A program made the position numbers and the translations under genes. The notes under the pieces are model-generated. The model was not told where the DNA came from, searched no databases, and saw nothing but the letters and a program-made list of their open reading frames with translations. Positions 35,001 through 47,106 of a stretch of DNA of 64,000 bases are shown here, piece after piece (position 1 is the stretch's first letter; each line of letters opens with the position of its first letter). Source of the stretch: Psammoneis japonica (Eukaryota); NCBI GenBank assembly GCA_008632985.1, contig QPGO01000020.1, positions 558,001 to 622,000 on the forward strand. Reading direction: 5' to 3'.

Positions 35001-36600
35001 AACTCTGATGGATCCTGGAGGAGCCAACAACAACCATGGTTGGGGAGCAAATGCCTTGTCTTTTGTCAATGCAGCACCTTGTGTCTCTGACATGACTGGC
35101 TTTGGCCCAGCCACCCCACCCACAGAGACAAGAAAACCATCTTTGCAACAGCACAAGTGCCCAGTTGTCTTGGGATGGCTTTTGAAGCCTTGTGTCAATG
35201 CAGCACCTTGTGTCTCTGACATGTGACCAGCTTTGGCCCCCAGCCACCCCACCCACAGAGACAAGAAAACCATCTGTGCAGCAGCGCAAGTGTCCAGTTG
35301 TCTTGGGATGGCTTTTGGTGACTCCACTCCATCCCAGAGGAGCCAACAACAATGGCAGTTGGGGAGCAACTGCCTTGTCTTGTGTCAATGCAGCACCTTG
35401 TCTCTCTGACATGACTGGGTTTGGCCCAGCCACCACCAACAAATTTGCAAGCAAGAAAGACAAGGGAGCCATCTGTGTTGCAGTGCAAGCACATAGTTGT
35501 CTTGGGGTGGGCACAAGAGACTTCATTGGGTCCCTGAGGAGGCAAGAACAACAATGGTTGGGAAGGAAAAGCCTGGTCTTGGGCCAATGCGGCCTCTTTT
35601 CTATCTGATGTGATTGGCCTCTTGCTTTGGCCCAGCCACCTTGCCTGCAGAGGCAAGGAAGCTTTCTGTGCCGTGTGACAGCGCAAGTGCACAGTTGTCT
35701 TTGGATGGCCTTGGGTGCCTCCATTGTGTCCCAGGGGAGCAAACAACAGCCAGGGGCAGGGAGTCAGTGAGTGAAAATTCATGGGGTTCCCTGTCTCTTT
35801 TTGGACAGAAAACCAAAAGAGAGCAGAAGAGCAAGACCCACCTTCAAGTTGCCCACTTTCTTTACAAGGTGGGTCTCCAAAGTTGTCATCTGCATCCTCT
35901 GACCAGCAACTCCTGGAGTTCTCTTCTTGTCAATGAAGCCCACCCCACAAGTTGACAACACATGTCTCTCTCCTTTGAACCACATGTGAGACAGACCCCC
36001 CAGCCTTTTCCTCATGCCTCAAGGCAGCGAACTCAACTTGTGAAACACATGCTGACCTCACCCGACAGAGTCCAGTGTTGCCATGAGAGTCAGTTTCAAC
36101 ACTGGTGGTTGTCCAAATGTGAGAATGTCTGTGTCTCATCAGGGCTTGTCCAATCACAGTGGTGAAAACACTGCCCAGTCATGTCTTCAACTTTGTCAGC
36201 TCATCATAAATTGGTCAGATGACAAAGCACAAAGAAAACACATGCAGGACAGAACATCATGTCGCTGCTGATGAATTGTGTGACATTGTGCATTCTCCGC
36301 CTGTTGTGCTGGACCATTTATGGGCTGCCAGTGCTGCTGCCAAGTTGATCGGAGAGAGGCGCTTGATGTTGACAACACTGACAAAACATTTTGCCGCACT
36401 TGTGCCCATGTCGCTGAGCCCTCGTTTGCCATTTATGAACATCCAAGGAAGAAGCCCAAGAACATCATGGACATCCTTCTCTCCATAAGAATGACAAACA
36501 CAATGATGTTCATCGTTGAAAATTCAAAAGACACAGCCGTCCAGCGAAGCGTCATGTCGTGTTGCGCTCTCCACTGTGGTTGTGGTTTTTGCTCGAGTCA
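29010..36600. repeat. Large TpA- and CpG-depleted hypermutated TE-like block, family unidentified
   Basis: Residual TA is mostly TTAA/TTAG/CTAA and CpG is rare. Internal duplication (~30920-31020 vs ~32640-32730) and a tandem array. Confidence 0.7.
34060..35760. repeat. Tandem array, ~190-bp unit, ~9 diverged copies
   Basis: Recurring GACAAGAAAACCATCTGTG..GTTGTCTTGGGATGGC..CCATGGTTGGGGAGCAAATG..TTGTGTCAATGCAGCACC at ~34367, 34561, 34754, 34940, 35127 and 35260. Confidence 0.9.
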
Positions 36601-36786
36601 CTAATGCGTATCCTTGCAGAGCAAAAAACAATGTAAAAAAGGAATAGCCGAAGCATTCTTGTCACATGATTATTTCAATCCGCTAAGGGGGTGATGTAAG
36701 CTACTGGTACAAAAGGTGGTCCTTATTACGTTGAACTATTTCTATTTTCATTGCTACTCTGTGGCTGTTCTAAAAAGAGAGGCAGA

Positions 36787-38041
36787 CTAAACAATTCCAT
36801 ACTTGACCATTCTGGAGCTGACAGCTTCATAAGTCATGAAAGTGATTGCCTGTCCTGGCATGATTCGCATAAGACGCGGCGTAATGCCCTTCCAGAGAGC
36901 CAGGTATCCCTCTTCCTTGGCAATCACGGCACAAGATTGAAACAATCCCGTATACTTTGGCGTTTTACCCGGCACAACCACTTGCTTTTGCATACGAGTC
37001 TTGACCACATCCAAGGGGTTGTTCACCATGGGTCCCATGCCTCCAGAGATACCTCCCATGATTAACGATTGCCAGTGTTGCAATTCAGTAGTGCCCTGGT
37101 ATTCCAAGAGCTTTTTCTTGAACGTTTGGTAGGCTGTAAAGTTGACTGCCTGATTGCATCCCTGCCTCATCATGGTGGGCACGACGCCCTTGTAGAGAGC
37201 TCCCAGTCCCTCCTCGCGGACAATCGTAAAGGCCGTTTGCAATACATTGGTGTATTTGCGATGCTGCGCCTGAGAAGGATCCAACAACGAATGGTACTGC
37301 GATTGCATGCGAATCTTACAGACTTCTGCCGGCTGTAACAAGAAAGTTCAGAGACAGACACAGTATTAGTGTTACAAAGTAATTTCATACGAAACATCAT
37401 CACTTCAGGCACGACATCACACTTACAGTAACAACCATGACGGCTTCTGTCAAGCCCGAGGCCAATCCCGCTAAAAACACGGCATAACTCGTCGTCCCGA
37501 GAGGCGTCTTTGCCAACAAGACCTTATATTCTTCAAAAGACAAGAATCGAATCGCCATTTTGGGCACGATACCCGTCCACACCGCCGTAAGGCCCTTGTA
37601 CAGACTCATAAAGCCTTCTCGCTGCACAATACGACGTGCGGTACCAAAGGGACCCAACGGAGCCGTCACCACGGTCGCAGGTGCCGATGCCGGGCGCGGC
37701 GGAGGAGTATGAAAGGTCAGAGTGGCGCTGGGTTCATGTATATGGGACGTTTTCAACACATGACCGTGTCCAGAAACAGTCGCCAAGGGTTCAGCCAAAG
37801 AATGCTTGAGTCGTAAAGCTGGCTCCGCAAGAGAATGCCGCAAACGTTGAAGAGACTCGGGTTCGCTCAGACTGCTTCGAGCCCTGACGGCTTGAATCGA
37901 TTGATTCTGACGACGCAACTGCATACGAGTCTTGATCGTATCGAGAGGATGGCATACGGAACTCTCCACAAACCCGGCACAGCCACCGGCAATCAAATGC
38001 AACAGCGGGTTCTTCTTTTTGTTTTGTTCCTTCGACGACAT
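36787..38041 (-). CDS. SFC1: Mitochondrial carrier, succinate/fumarate transporter-like; exons 38041-37427 and 37332-36787
   Basis: Three carrier signatures (PLDTIKTRMQ, PAEVCKIRMQ, PLDVVKTRMQ), plus IVPKMAIRF and RQGCNQAVNFT. A GT..AG intron at 37333-37426 keeps the frame. Confidence 0.9.
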
Positions 38042-38439
38042 GGTCCCGAGGTATGTTGCGAAGAAAAAAAATTGTGACAACTTTCATCTGGGTGTCAATG
38101 ATGAGTCGAATTTTGGTACTGATGTCACGTAGAATTTACGCGTGGCGTCGGAGGGAGTTTCTGGTGCGGCGCGTCACGAGTCGCGTGACGTCACGAACAC
38201 ACGACTGAATGACGAACCGCCAATCAATCACGAGTGATTGGGAACGACCGCAAGACGACAACACCAAAAATGGCACGCACGCCTATTGCCACAAAGTGAA
38301 GATGCTCGAGAAGTGGTTTGTTTCAGGATTCAAAAGTAAAGAGGCGATGATCGGGGAGACCTACCATGATCGAGAGTAGCTCAACCATTCTCTTATCTCT
38401 AATGTTCATTATTCTTCTAACATTTCTCTAAATAAGGGC

Positions 38440-41400
38440 TCACACGCCAGCACATTTTGTGGAGCTGCGTTTTACAAAGAACCAATCAATGTTGAGGCCG
38501 CCAGTGGATTCCATGACCAACCGCAAATCATGCTTGCCTTCTTGTAGCTTGACTTCGCCCAAATGAACTAGCTGATAATGGTCAAGACCACCAGTAAATG
38601 GTAACTCTACGCTTGGTAAGTCACCAAGGTCCAGCCGGAGTTTCTTGCCAATGGCCTTGGTTGCTAAACGCGCCGTGAAACGATACGTCCCGCATCCAAG
38701 TTGAACATTCTTGTACTCTAACCACTCTCCCTTAGTCGTCCAGCCAACATACCATCCACTGTTATCGCTAAGCTTGCCCACATCCAGTCCACGATCCGCG
38801 TAGTGACCACCGAGATTGGCGGGAGTGGAATCAAGAAATGAATCCGCACCCTCGGCTTGGAACTTCAACGTTTCAGGAAACGGGTCGGCATACTCCCGTA
38901 CAATGTTGATATACTGGGTTGGATACTCCCAGTCCGAGCTACGGTAGAAACCAGCACTCTCGGCCATGTTTGTCCAACCTTCCAGAAGAATAAAGTTGGC
39001 ATCCTTGCCCGCCTCGAGCGCCTGTGACAGGGTCTTTCCGTTGCGCCTTGTCACCTCACGACACTCCGTGCCGCATCCTGGGTTAAAGTTGCCGCCAGTG
39101 CGAAAGGAGGGTGCAACGCATCCCCACTTGGCTCCGTTGTAGTCAATGTATGAGTAAATGCTCGACATGTTGTCATGGACGGGCTTGAACCAATCATGCC
39201 TTCCACCGCGAGGCTCGAGTCAATGTGGAGTCTTGTTCGAACCAATCGTCTTGAAGAATCAATGCGGGTTCCCTCCCATACCGTGTCTGAAACTCGGCAA
39301 TGATGAATTTTAGCATTTTTGAAGCATTACCCTCCTGATTGGAAAAATACCGGTCACGCAAGTTCCAAAACGCAATAACTGGCTTGCCGTCCATCAAGAA
39401 CCACATATCTTCGGGCAACGTGTCGAACCAAATCTTGATGTTGAGATCCCAAAAATACCTCCAGTTGTTCCGATTCGAGAGATCCAAGGTGGTTCCGGCT
39501 TCAAGACCCTCCAGACGTTGCCTTGCCTTGTTGTAGACGGCCGTGTCATCCCACATGCCAACCTTGAGCGCGTGACGTGCCCCGGCACGGTCCACCGCAG
39601 AGACAAACTTTTCCAAATTACGAGGACACAAGTCGCCTTGGCCGCGTAAACCCGATGACTCATCAAAACATCCTCGGCCATGAAACATAACCACATCCAC
39701 TCTCGACAAGAGCAACTCGTCGACCAGATAATTCCAATATTCGTCGTCATCTCGGTTGAGAGTTTTGTAGATTGGGAGCTCATACCGACTATCAGGCCAG
39801 TCACGCGCGTCCCTCCAGGTATATGCTGTGATGGGAGCAATAATGGGTCCCTTGCCTTCTGGTCTCACCAAGATTGTGTCCAAGGCACGGACGTTGTCGT
39901 CGACGCCAGAGCAGGGGTTGCGCTCTATGTTGCCACAGCCACACTTTCCTGGTTCCGATTTACCAGGATCGGTGGGACAAAGATCCACGCATGGGTCTTG
40001 TTCCGGGTTGCCGCAGCCACATTTCCCCGGGAGAGTCTTGTTCGGATCGTCGGACACAAATCAACAACGCCGCAATTAGGCTCCTCGGTCATACCACAGC
40101 CACACACACCAGGGTCAAGCTTGTCTGGATCATCAGGGCACAAATCAATCGTTACCGTAACGGAGGAGGTGGCGGTTTGTCCGTTTCCGTCAATGACCTT
40201 GGCTCGAAGCTCATGGACACCGGAAGACAAGTTGAGAAGCTCTAGATCCTTTTCCCTCCGGTTCGCTAGTCCCCACTGATAAGGAGCTTCTCCTTCTCGA
40301 CGCACCATGGTGTCATTCATGTAGAGTTCTACCGACTTGACAGAATCATCGAGATCGGTCGTCTCGACTGCAATACCAAGATTTGTCGAGACAAGGCTGA
40401 AACGGACGCCAAGAGGTCCCTCGGTTTGTTTTGGAGTGGGTGGAGGAGTAGGACCTGGTATAGGCGGCGGAGTCGGAAGGGTGGGAGAAGCTGGTTCGGG
40501 TGTTAGACTACGTGGTCCATCAGGTCCGCTCCACGTGTTTTGCACAACCCTCGGGCAAGGACCAGGATACTTTCCACCCCTGCGATCAATATCAAAGATG
40601 TGAGTACCATCCTCCGGATTGCGCAGAATAGAGAAAACCGTTGCTGGGGCCTCTTCTACCGCTTCGAGTTCCACTTCTACCAAATTGGGATTCCTATCGT
40701 CAAGGTAGTTCACACAGTAGTCGTGACCTAGATGGGCAAAGCAAGCAGCAAAGCGGGGATCAGTACAGGGACACTAACGACGGCGTTCGGAGCAAGAAAG
40801 CATTGAAAAAAGAAGCACGCACCATCTCCATGCAGGTAGAGAACGGGAAGCTCCTTGAATTCCTCCCGAAGCAAACTTTGGAAGGGCAAACCAAAGTCCC
40901 TCCTCCGTTCTCCGCCCATGCGTGCGTGGCCAAATATCACCGCCGAAACAATCTCATCCTTGTGCTCACGAAGATTCTTTCTCACCCATTGAAAGTTCTG
41001 TGCAACACGAACACTGCAAATGAAAAGGAGTATGCGTGAGTGACATGTATTAGCGCAAAGGCATATGCGTACGGGAACGTATCAATTTCTAGAACTCACC
41101 TTTCGTCTCCTATAGTTTCAGTAGAAATGGCGACGGACGGAGAGACAAATAGTGAGTAACAGAGGGAGGGAGTGCAAGGAACGCATAAAAGGACAAGGAC
41201 CACCACTCACCAACGGTACCGCCTCCTGGTTGAGCAGAACGAATAGGGAAAACGTGAGAAAACGACTCACATGCCCGGAAAGGGCCTATAGCAGTCATTG
41301 CGAGACTTACCAACCATGTGAAGCCCAACAAACAATACATTGTTTTTAACAAAGGCAAAGTTTTCTCCTCGGTCAACACCGGGACGTCTCTCTACGCCAA

Positions 41401-42040
41401 ACTGCCTTTTGACTTTGCTGTCCTTTGAGGATAGGGTGCCAAACCCGAACTGATTTCCAGGACCAAAGTAGTTTTTCCAATGCTCCCACGCTTCCTCACG
41501 ATCGGCGCAATCATTCCACTCATTGTCACCCACAACCCAAAACACGTCCTTGGGATTATAGCGCACGGCGTTATCCGGATGAGCAAAGATCCTGGCAACA
41601 TCCCGAAAGACAGACTCGCTGCATTTGCCCCCGCCGGGTTTGATGTCACCGAGGTGGATCAAGAAGGATGGCGAATCAGGAGACTCAAAGTCGAGCTCGC
41701 GCAGCTGATGGTTGAGACAGTACCTATAATGAAAACATGGATGAGAGTTGACGCGTGAGTGCTGAATGTAAAGGAAGAAAGAACTAGTCTGGACAGTTGC
41801 TGATGCAGTGCGGCGTACACACCTTTCCGACAAGGCATACGGCCCATCAGCAAGAGCCGCAAAGCTTACAACCTTCTCCGCCTTGACAGAGGGACCAAAC
41901 ACAGGCATCGGATCATCACCGCAGGTGAAGAGCTCACGTTGGCCATGGTCAAGAAGAGGGATATCAGAGGAACGCAACTGACCCGTGACCAAGGGCAAAA
42001 CGGAGACAAGCACTGTAGCAAACCTTGGAAGCGACTTCAT
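38440..42040 (-). CDS. Secreted multidomain protein: calcineurin-like metallophosphoesterase, Pro linker, Ig-like domain, DLCP..CGCG repeats, DUF5010-like domain, CBM6; multi-exon with two apparent frameshifts
   Basis: Signal peptide MKSLPRFATVLVSVLPLVTG. Phosphoesterase motifs ADGPY, HLGDIK, GDNEWND and YLHGD. Repeats DLCPDDPDKLDPGVCGCG x3. CBM6-like WYVGWTTKGEWLEY..NIDWF. Frame breaks at ~40050 and ~39200. Confidence 0.7.
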
Positions 42041-44621
42041 TTCAATCTCGTCCTCAAGATATTGTGAGAAACTTTTGTTTTCGTCGCAACTCTGCCCTCG
42101 GTGCATGACTTTGTGAGTTCAAGACTCAAAATTTTGAAATTTGACCTTGCGCCTGTCCTCAAACTTGGGCTTCTCGCACATGCCGGTACTTACTTTACGG
42201 GTATCAACGACAAGTTGCGCTTTGGAGTGAAGTAGCACATGCTGGATTGACGCGACACACATTGCCAAAAAGAGGCGTTGGACTATAAGTGACACCGAGC
42301 ATGACTTTTTTCAATTTTTGAAATGGCCGAGAGTATGCAGATGAAGCAGGATACAAACAATGCCCACGCGTCGGCGCATCGGTCACACATGAATGTATCA
42401 TTGAAGTATAACTGTCAACGGCATAATCTTCATAGGTATGTTTGTACATACATATAGACTGACTCTCGTTGTTTCAATACTCTAGTGGAGAGGGGTCAAA
42501 ATAAAAGGTGCAGGATTTCTGGGGAACAGACGTTTCCATAATTTCTGCGGTATTTTCCTCAAACGCTCTTGTTTTCGTCTTTATGACGCTGTTACGGACT
42601 GGAGAAATTAAGCCATCAATCAGCACGGATCCGGGTATCATCTTTAATGTCCTTTTCGTCCTAAACATCGGGAAACTCCCTGCGTGGTTAGACGCATGGC
42701 AGAATGGATGAAGCATGCGGTGGTAGACAGAAATCTTACACTTCCAGTTCGACTCAAAAAGACCAGGAACGAGAACGACGGCATAGAGATGATATTGTCG
42801 TTGTTACGATATGTAGATAGAGAATTGCTGCATGTTGGCAAGAGACTGCTGGGCGTTCGTTGCGTTCTCTTTTGCCGTCGTCACCGCTTTGACATGGTGA
42901 ATGGTCCGGCCATGGTGGATGGTGGAGCGTGGTCTCGATGCATATCCATCAACACTTCGCGCGAAATCAAACGCGCATGAACAACGCACACTGACAACGT
43001 TGAAGAACAGCAGTGTTTCCCGAATGTGCATTTTGGTCGGACCAAATTGCCATTTCACACACGAGCGAACCCTCCACATGGGTCTGTCAAGGACACATTG
43101 CCTTTTTTGTATTGAGGAGGAGTCATGCCACACCACCACAATGGCAGGAGCAAGTGCTTGTTGCAGTGGGTGGCTCTGCTTTCAAGAAGCTTCCCCCCCC
43201 CAGCTCAAAGGAGTGGCTCGATCCTCTTGCAGTGCCCAGGAAATGAACGGTGAGTCCTTGGATCCAAGTTGACTCTTCATGAGAATGATTTGATTCATGT
43301 TTCAGAACATGTCAGCCAATGCCAACAAGATCCCTGCTGATCCGCCACTCTGCCGCTGATTTGGGTGCGCTTGGTTGTTCAAAACGACCCAGGCCCGCCA
43401 TGGTGCATTTGGGTTTTTGTCACTTTCTGCTGCTGGCTGATTGTGTGATTGATTGATGTGCAATGCATCACCTTCTTCTTTCAATGGCACAACCTTGTTT
43501 TCCCAACGGCATTCTTTTGACGCTTTGTGAGGCTGCACCGCAAAAGAGCAAACAACGCGCACACCAACAAGAACAACAACCAGCAAAATTTGACTCGCAA
43601 ACAGTTGTTTTGTTCAAGTGAAATCAAGAAAGATTCATCAGAGGCCCATTTCCATGAGTTGTCTCATGGTTGGACCAACGGGCAATGTTGCAGGCAGCAT
43701 GTGTGAGTGTCAGCACATGAACTTGTTTGCGGCGAATCATTGCCATTTGACATGAGTCGCGCCTGTTTGCTGCAAACAGGCACAACAAACAGTCATCGAT
43801 CCCAACAAGTGAGCTGCAACTCAATCAGTTTACAACTCCAAACAAGTTGCTGCAAGGGATTTCACTTGGCTTGTTGTGGCCGACTGGGTGATGACCGAAT
43901 GCAGCGCTGGGGCTCATTTTTTCAATCTTTGCTGTCAAAGTCAATCTGTTGACTTGCGTGTTCAAACAATCATTTCCATTGTCCCACCCATTTGTTGCAT
44001 GTTGCTGATGCAATTGACAGCCAACAAGTGTGGGTGCAAGTCATTGCTGCCAAGTTCATCTCAACCAAACTGCCGCTGACTCCAGTTTGCAAATTTTGGC
44101 GCAGTTGACCTGGTGGTCATCTTCATCATCCGAGCCGTCTTTTGTGCTTCTTCTGCTGCCCGTTGATCTCGCTTGGTTGCAACGGCTCTGCAGAGCTCTT
44201 CCCACCAGCCAAGGTGTCCACTTGCAACACCTTGCTTGATCTCCATGACCATGTTGACAAAGAACTTGCAAGCCTTTGGCGACCACCCTCTTTGCTCTTC
44301 CTTGGTGTCTTGCGCTTCCTCTGCCGCTGTGAAATGCTTGAGTGTCCTGACAACCTTTCTCTTCTCACTGGATGCACCCACATCATTTTGGATGTCAACA
44401 AGCACTTTTGCAACATCAATCAGAGCTGTGACTTGCGCTGCAGTCTTTGGCTTGTCTCTGATCTTCTTGACCATCACATCCCATTTTGCAATGGACTCTT
44501 CCCTTGTGTCCTCAAAGCAACTGCTGCTTCAGTTCTTGTGCAAACACATCTTCCTCTGATGGCTCTTGTTGTGGATCTTTCTGGAGCAGTGCAAACATGC
44601 TCTTGTCCTGGTTGTCCCTCA

Positions 44622-45391
44622 GGCCTGTTCCAGCTCCAGGTGCTCCGCGCGGGTTCGATTCCCATCATTTGGAAATTTGTGCATTTAGCGCAATTGCTGT
44701 GGCCCTTCAACCACCGGGCTTGAGCAAATCTATCTCCACGGGTGGAGATTTGCTCGCTTACGTCACAAATGCAGCAAATGAAGTAATTTCAGATGCGCGC
44801 GACATTTTGTTCGCGCGATTTTGTTCTGGAGCGCGCATTCGCCGAAAATCTGGAGGCACCCTTTTTGTAATTTAGAAAGTTCAATGTCGACTTTCAACAC
44901 CGGGTTTTTTGCAAGCTTAATCTGTGAACAGAGAGGAACTAAATCTCAACCTTTGACAATGGAGGTCATCATGAATTGCTGTCACAAACAGAGCAACAAC
45001 ACCACACCCTGGGAGCAAATCTCCACTGGCGGAGATTTGCTCCCAACAAGCAAATGCACATGGCACACTTTACGTAGATTGCAGATGACATGACATTTTT
45101 TACCATGTTCATCACTTTATTGTAAAAGTGCATGACACATCACACATCCTCAAGCAGAGCAAATCTCCACCCGTGGAGATTTGCTCCCCTGGTGGTTGAA
45201 GGGTTGACTTTTTCCAAATCCGTTTTTTGCCAAATCGAAGGGCAAGTGTGCACTTTACATGCATTTTCGGGTGTGCACTCACCTTTCGATTTTCGAAACG
45301 ATCAAAATTGAAGGAGTTGGTTGCACCAAACTGCACAGAAAATCGGCCTCTCGTGTGATGAAAAGCAGAGCACCTGGAGCTGGAACAGGCC
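44622..45391. mobile_element. Outer MITE-like element with 24-bp terminal inverted repeats (TIRs) and CTCA direct repeats
   Basis: GGCCTGTTCCAGCTCCAGGTGCTC at 44622 and its exact reverse complement at 45368-45391. CTCA at 44618-44621 and 45392-45395. Confidence 0.85.
44703..45203. mobile_element. Inner MITE-like element (CCCTT ends, piggyBac-like) with palindromic subterminal hairpins
   Basis: TIR CCCTTCAACCACC / GGTGGTTGAAGGG. GAGCAAATCTCCAC-nn-GTGGAGATTTGCTC palindromes at 44722, 45013 and 45157. Right flank is TTGA. Confidence 0.8.
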
Positions 45392-46779
45392 CTCAACTTG
45401 GCTGTTGCGAGGTCTGGCATGATGGTCTTGCACAAGTCTTTGCTTCCCTCTTGGCCCATCAGGCCTCCATCATCAAGCAACTCCACATCACAATCCGACA
45501 TCAAAGTCCTGTCCTTGTTTTGGCTCTTGCAGTTGGCACACCACACGCTGCAGTTGTTCTTGAAGAGCATGTGGGCAAATGCCTCAGCACACACTGTGCT
45601 CATCCTCTTGTCCTTGGAAATGCACTCTTTCTGGTGTGTGTCTCCAACAATCGGGTGCAGCATGCAATCGCAGAACACTGGTGTCCACAAAACTGGGTTT
45701 CCCAAGCGATCTTGGAATCTTTCTGCGGATGGCAACATGCAGTTGTCGTCATTGCAGCAAGCACAAAGAGCTTCATTTGTGGCAGGGGAAGCAAGCGACA
45801 ACACTGCTGGCAATTGCAACGGCTGCTCTCTTTGCACCCTCTGTTGGCACTCACTGCAGAACTTGCCCTGCTGTGTGCTTGGCATGCATTGGGCCTCTCA
45901 ATTGCCAGCCACTCCTGATGCATCTTTTTTTGTTTCATTGCAAGCCACAGGAAGTGCAGGTGCATTTTTTGCTCCAGCTTGGGCAGTTCCTGCAGCATCC
46001 TGTCCATCATCTTGGGGCTGCAATTCTGTTCACAATCCCTGCAGAGCATCCCCGTTTCCTCCGTTTCCTTGTTGTTGAACATGAATGTGACGCTGAGGAA
46101 CAACGTTTCCTTGTCATGTTCTCTCACCTTTGCTGTGTCCTGCATGACCTTGGCATGATCCACCATCCATTCGGCAGAGCTTGTCTGCTGCTCCACAATG
46201 ACCAGCATCCTCCACTGCTGTTGTGGCAATTTTTCCGGTGTGTGCTGAAGTGCACTGAAGTGGGGTGAGGGATGTGATTGAGTCTTGCGGATGATGTGCA
46301 TGTGATGGTTGTCTTTTTCCCTTCTTTGCATTTTTTTGCTTTCCTGAAAAGGGCACTTCCTCCCTGCATTTTTTCATTTGGCTGTGCATCTGCACTTGAT
46401 TTTAAACAGATCCTCCACCCACTCAATGATTTGATTCAAAAATCAACCAGACATTTGCTTTCCAACAACTTTTTGTGAACAAGCATCAAATTGCTTCATC
46501 CCACTTCCACAGCCTGCCTTTTCCAATTGGACTTTTTGCTTGGCATGCCTTTTTGCTGCTGTTGCCACCAACAAGGAAAAATGCAGCCCGCCCCAGTGCG
46601 TCTGCCACAACTCAATTGAGCCAGTCATTGCAAGCCGCCATTTTTGTTTTCCAAAAACAGCAAATTGCTCATCAGTTGTCCATTGCTGCCTCTGAGAAAG
46701 ACAAATCAGCAAATCCCAGCACAGACTTCAATGGAGATGATGACCCACCCAGCATCCCACCGGACAAATGCTCAGAGCA

Positions 46780-46845
46780 CCCCCCCCCCCCCACACACAC
46801 ACACACACACACACACAGCAGAGGAAGAAGAGGAGGAGGAGGATG
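46780..46845 (+). repeat. poly-C, (CA)n and (GAG)n microsatellite
   Basis: Directly visible simple repeats. Confidence 0.9.
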
Positions 46846-47106
46846 AACGTGATGACAATCCCTCTTCTTGCAAAATGTTCCCTGGCACTCTTGTCACTTC
46901 TTTGTCCTCTGATCCGGACAAGTCTTCTGAAGAACTCACCCCACCCCCAGATCCACCCACTGTCCCTCCCACCACTGCCGACTCAGGTCCCTTGGACATG
47001 GAGGCACCTGATCCACCAACCTTTTCACTCATGGAGGAAGCTTGGTTGGAGCTGACAATGCTCTGCAACAACTCCAGCACCACTGGTCAATTTTGCGGGC
47101 AGCTGC

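Larger units (their letters stand above)
44061..46395 (-). pseudogene. Transposon accessory ORF remnant interrupted by nested MITEs
   Basis: Segments STVCAEAFAHMLFKNN..W and RGWSPKA..FFVNMVMEIK. The frame reads through (DLATAKLR|DNQDKSMFALL) when 44622-45391 plus one CTCA is removed. Confidence 0.55.

Noticed and set aside
34060..35760. CRISPR-like array
   Set aside because: Whole ~190-bp units repeat with no unique spacers, there are no cas genes, and the context is eukaryotic.
29027..36604. Many Cys/His-rich ORFs, including a 478-aa ORF at 34306-35742
   Set aside because: They overlap in all six frames with no recognisable motifs and are explained by loss of TAA/TAG and gain of TGY/CAY codons.
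44645..44665. tRNA gene or SINE
   Set aside because: Only a T-loop-like motif is present, with no cloverleaf or A-box visible.
46792..46817. (CA)n as an edited (TA)n tract
   Set aside because: Two-strand editing should give mixed CA/TG, so a pure CA run is more simply an ordinary microsatellite.
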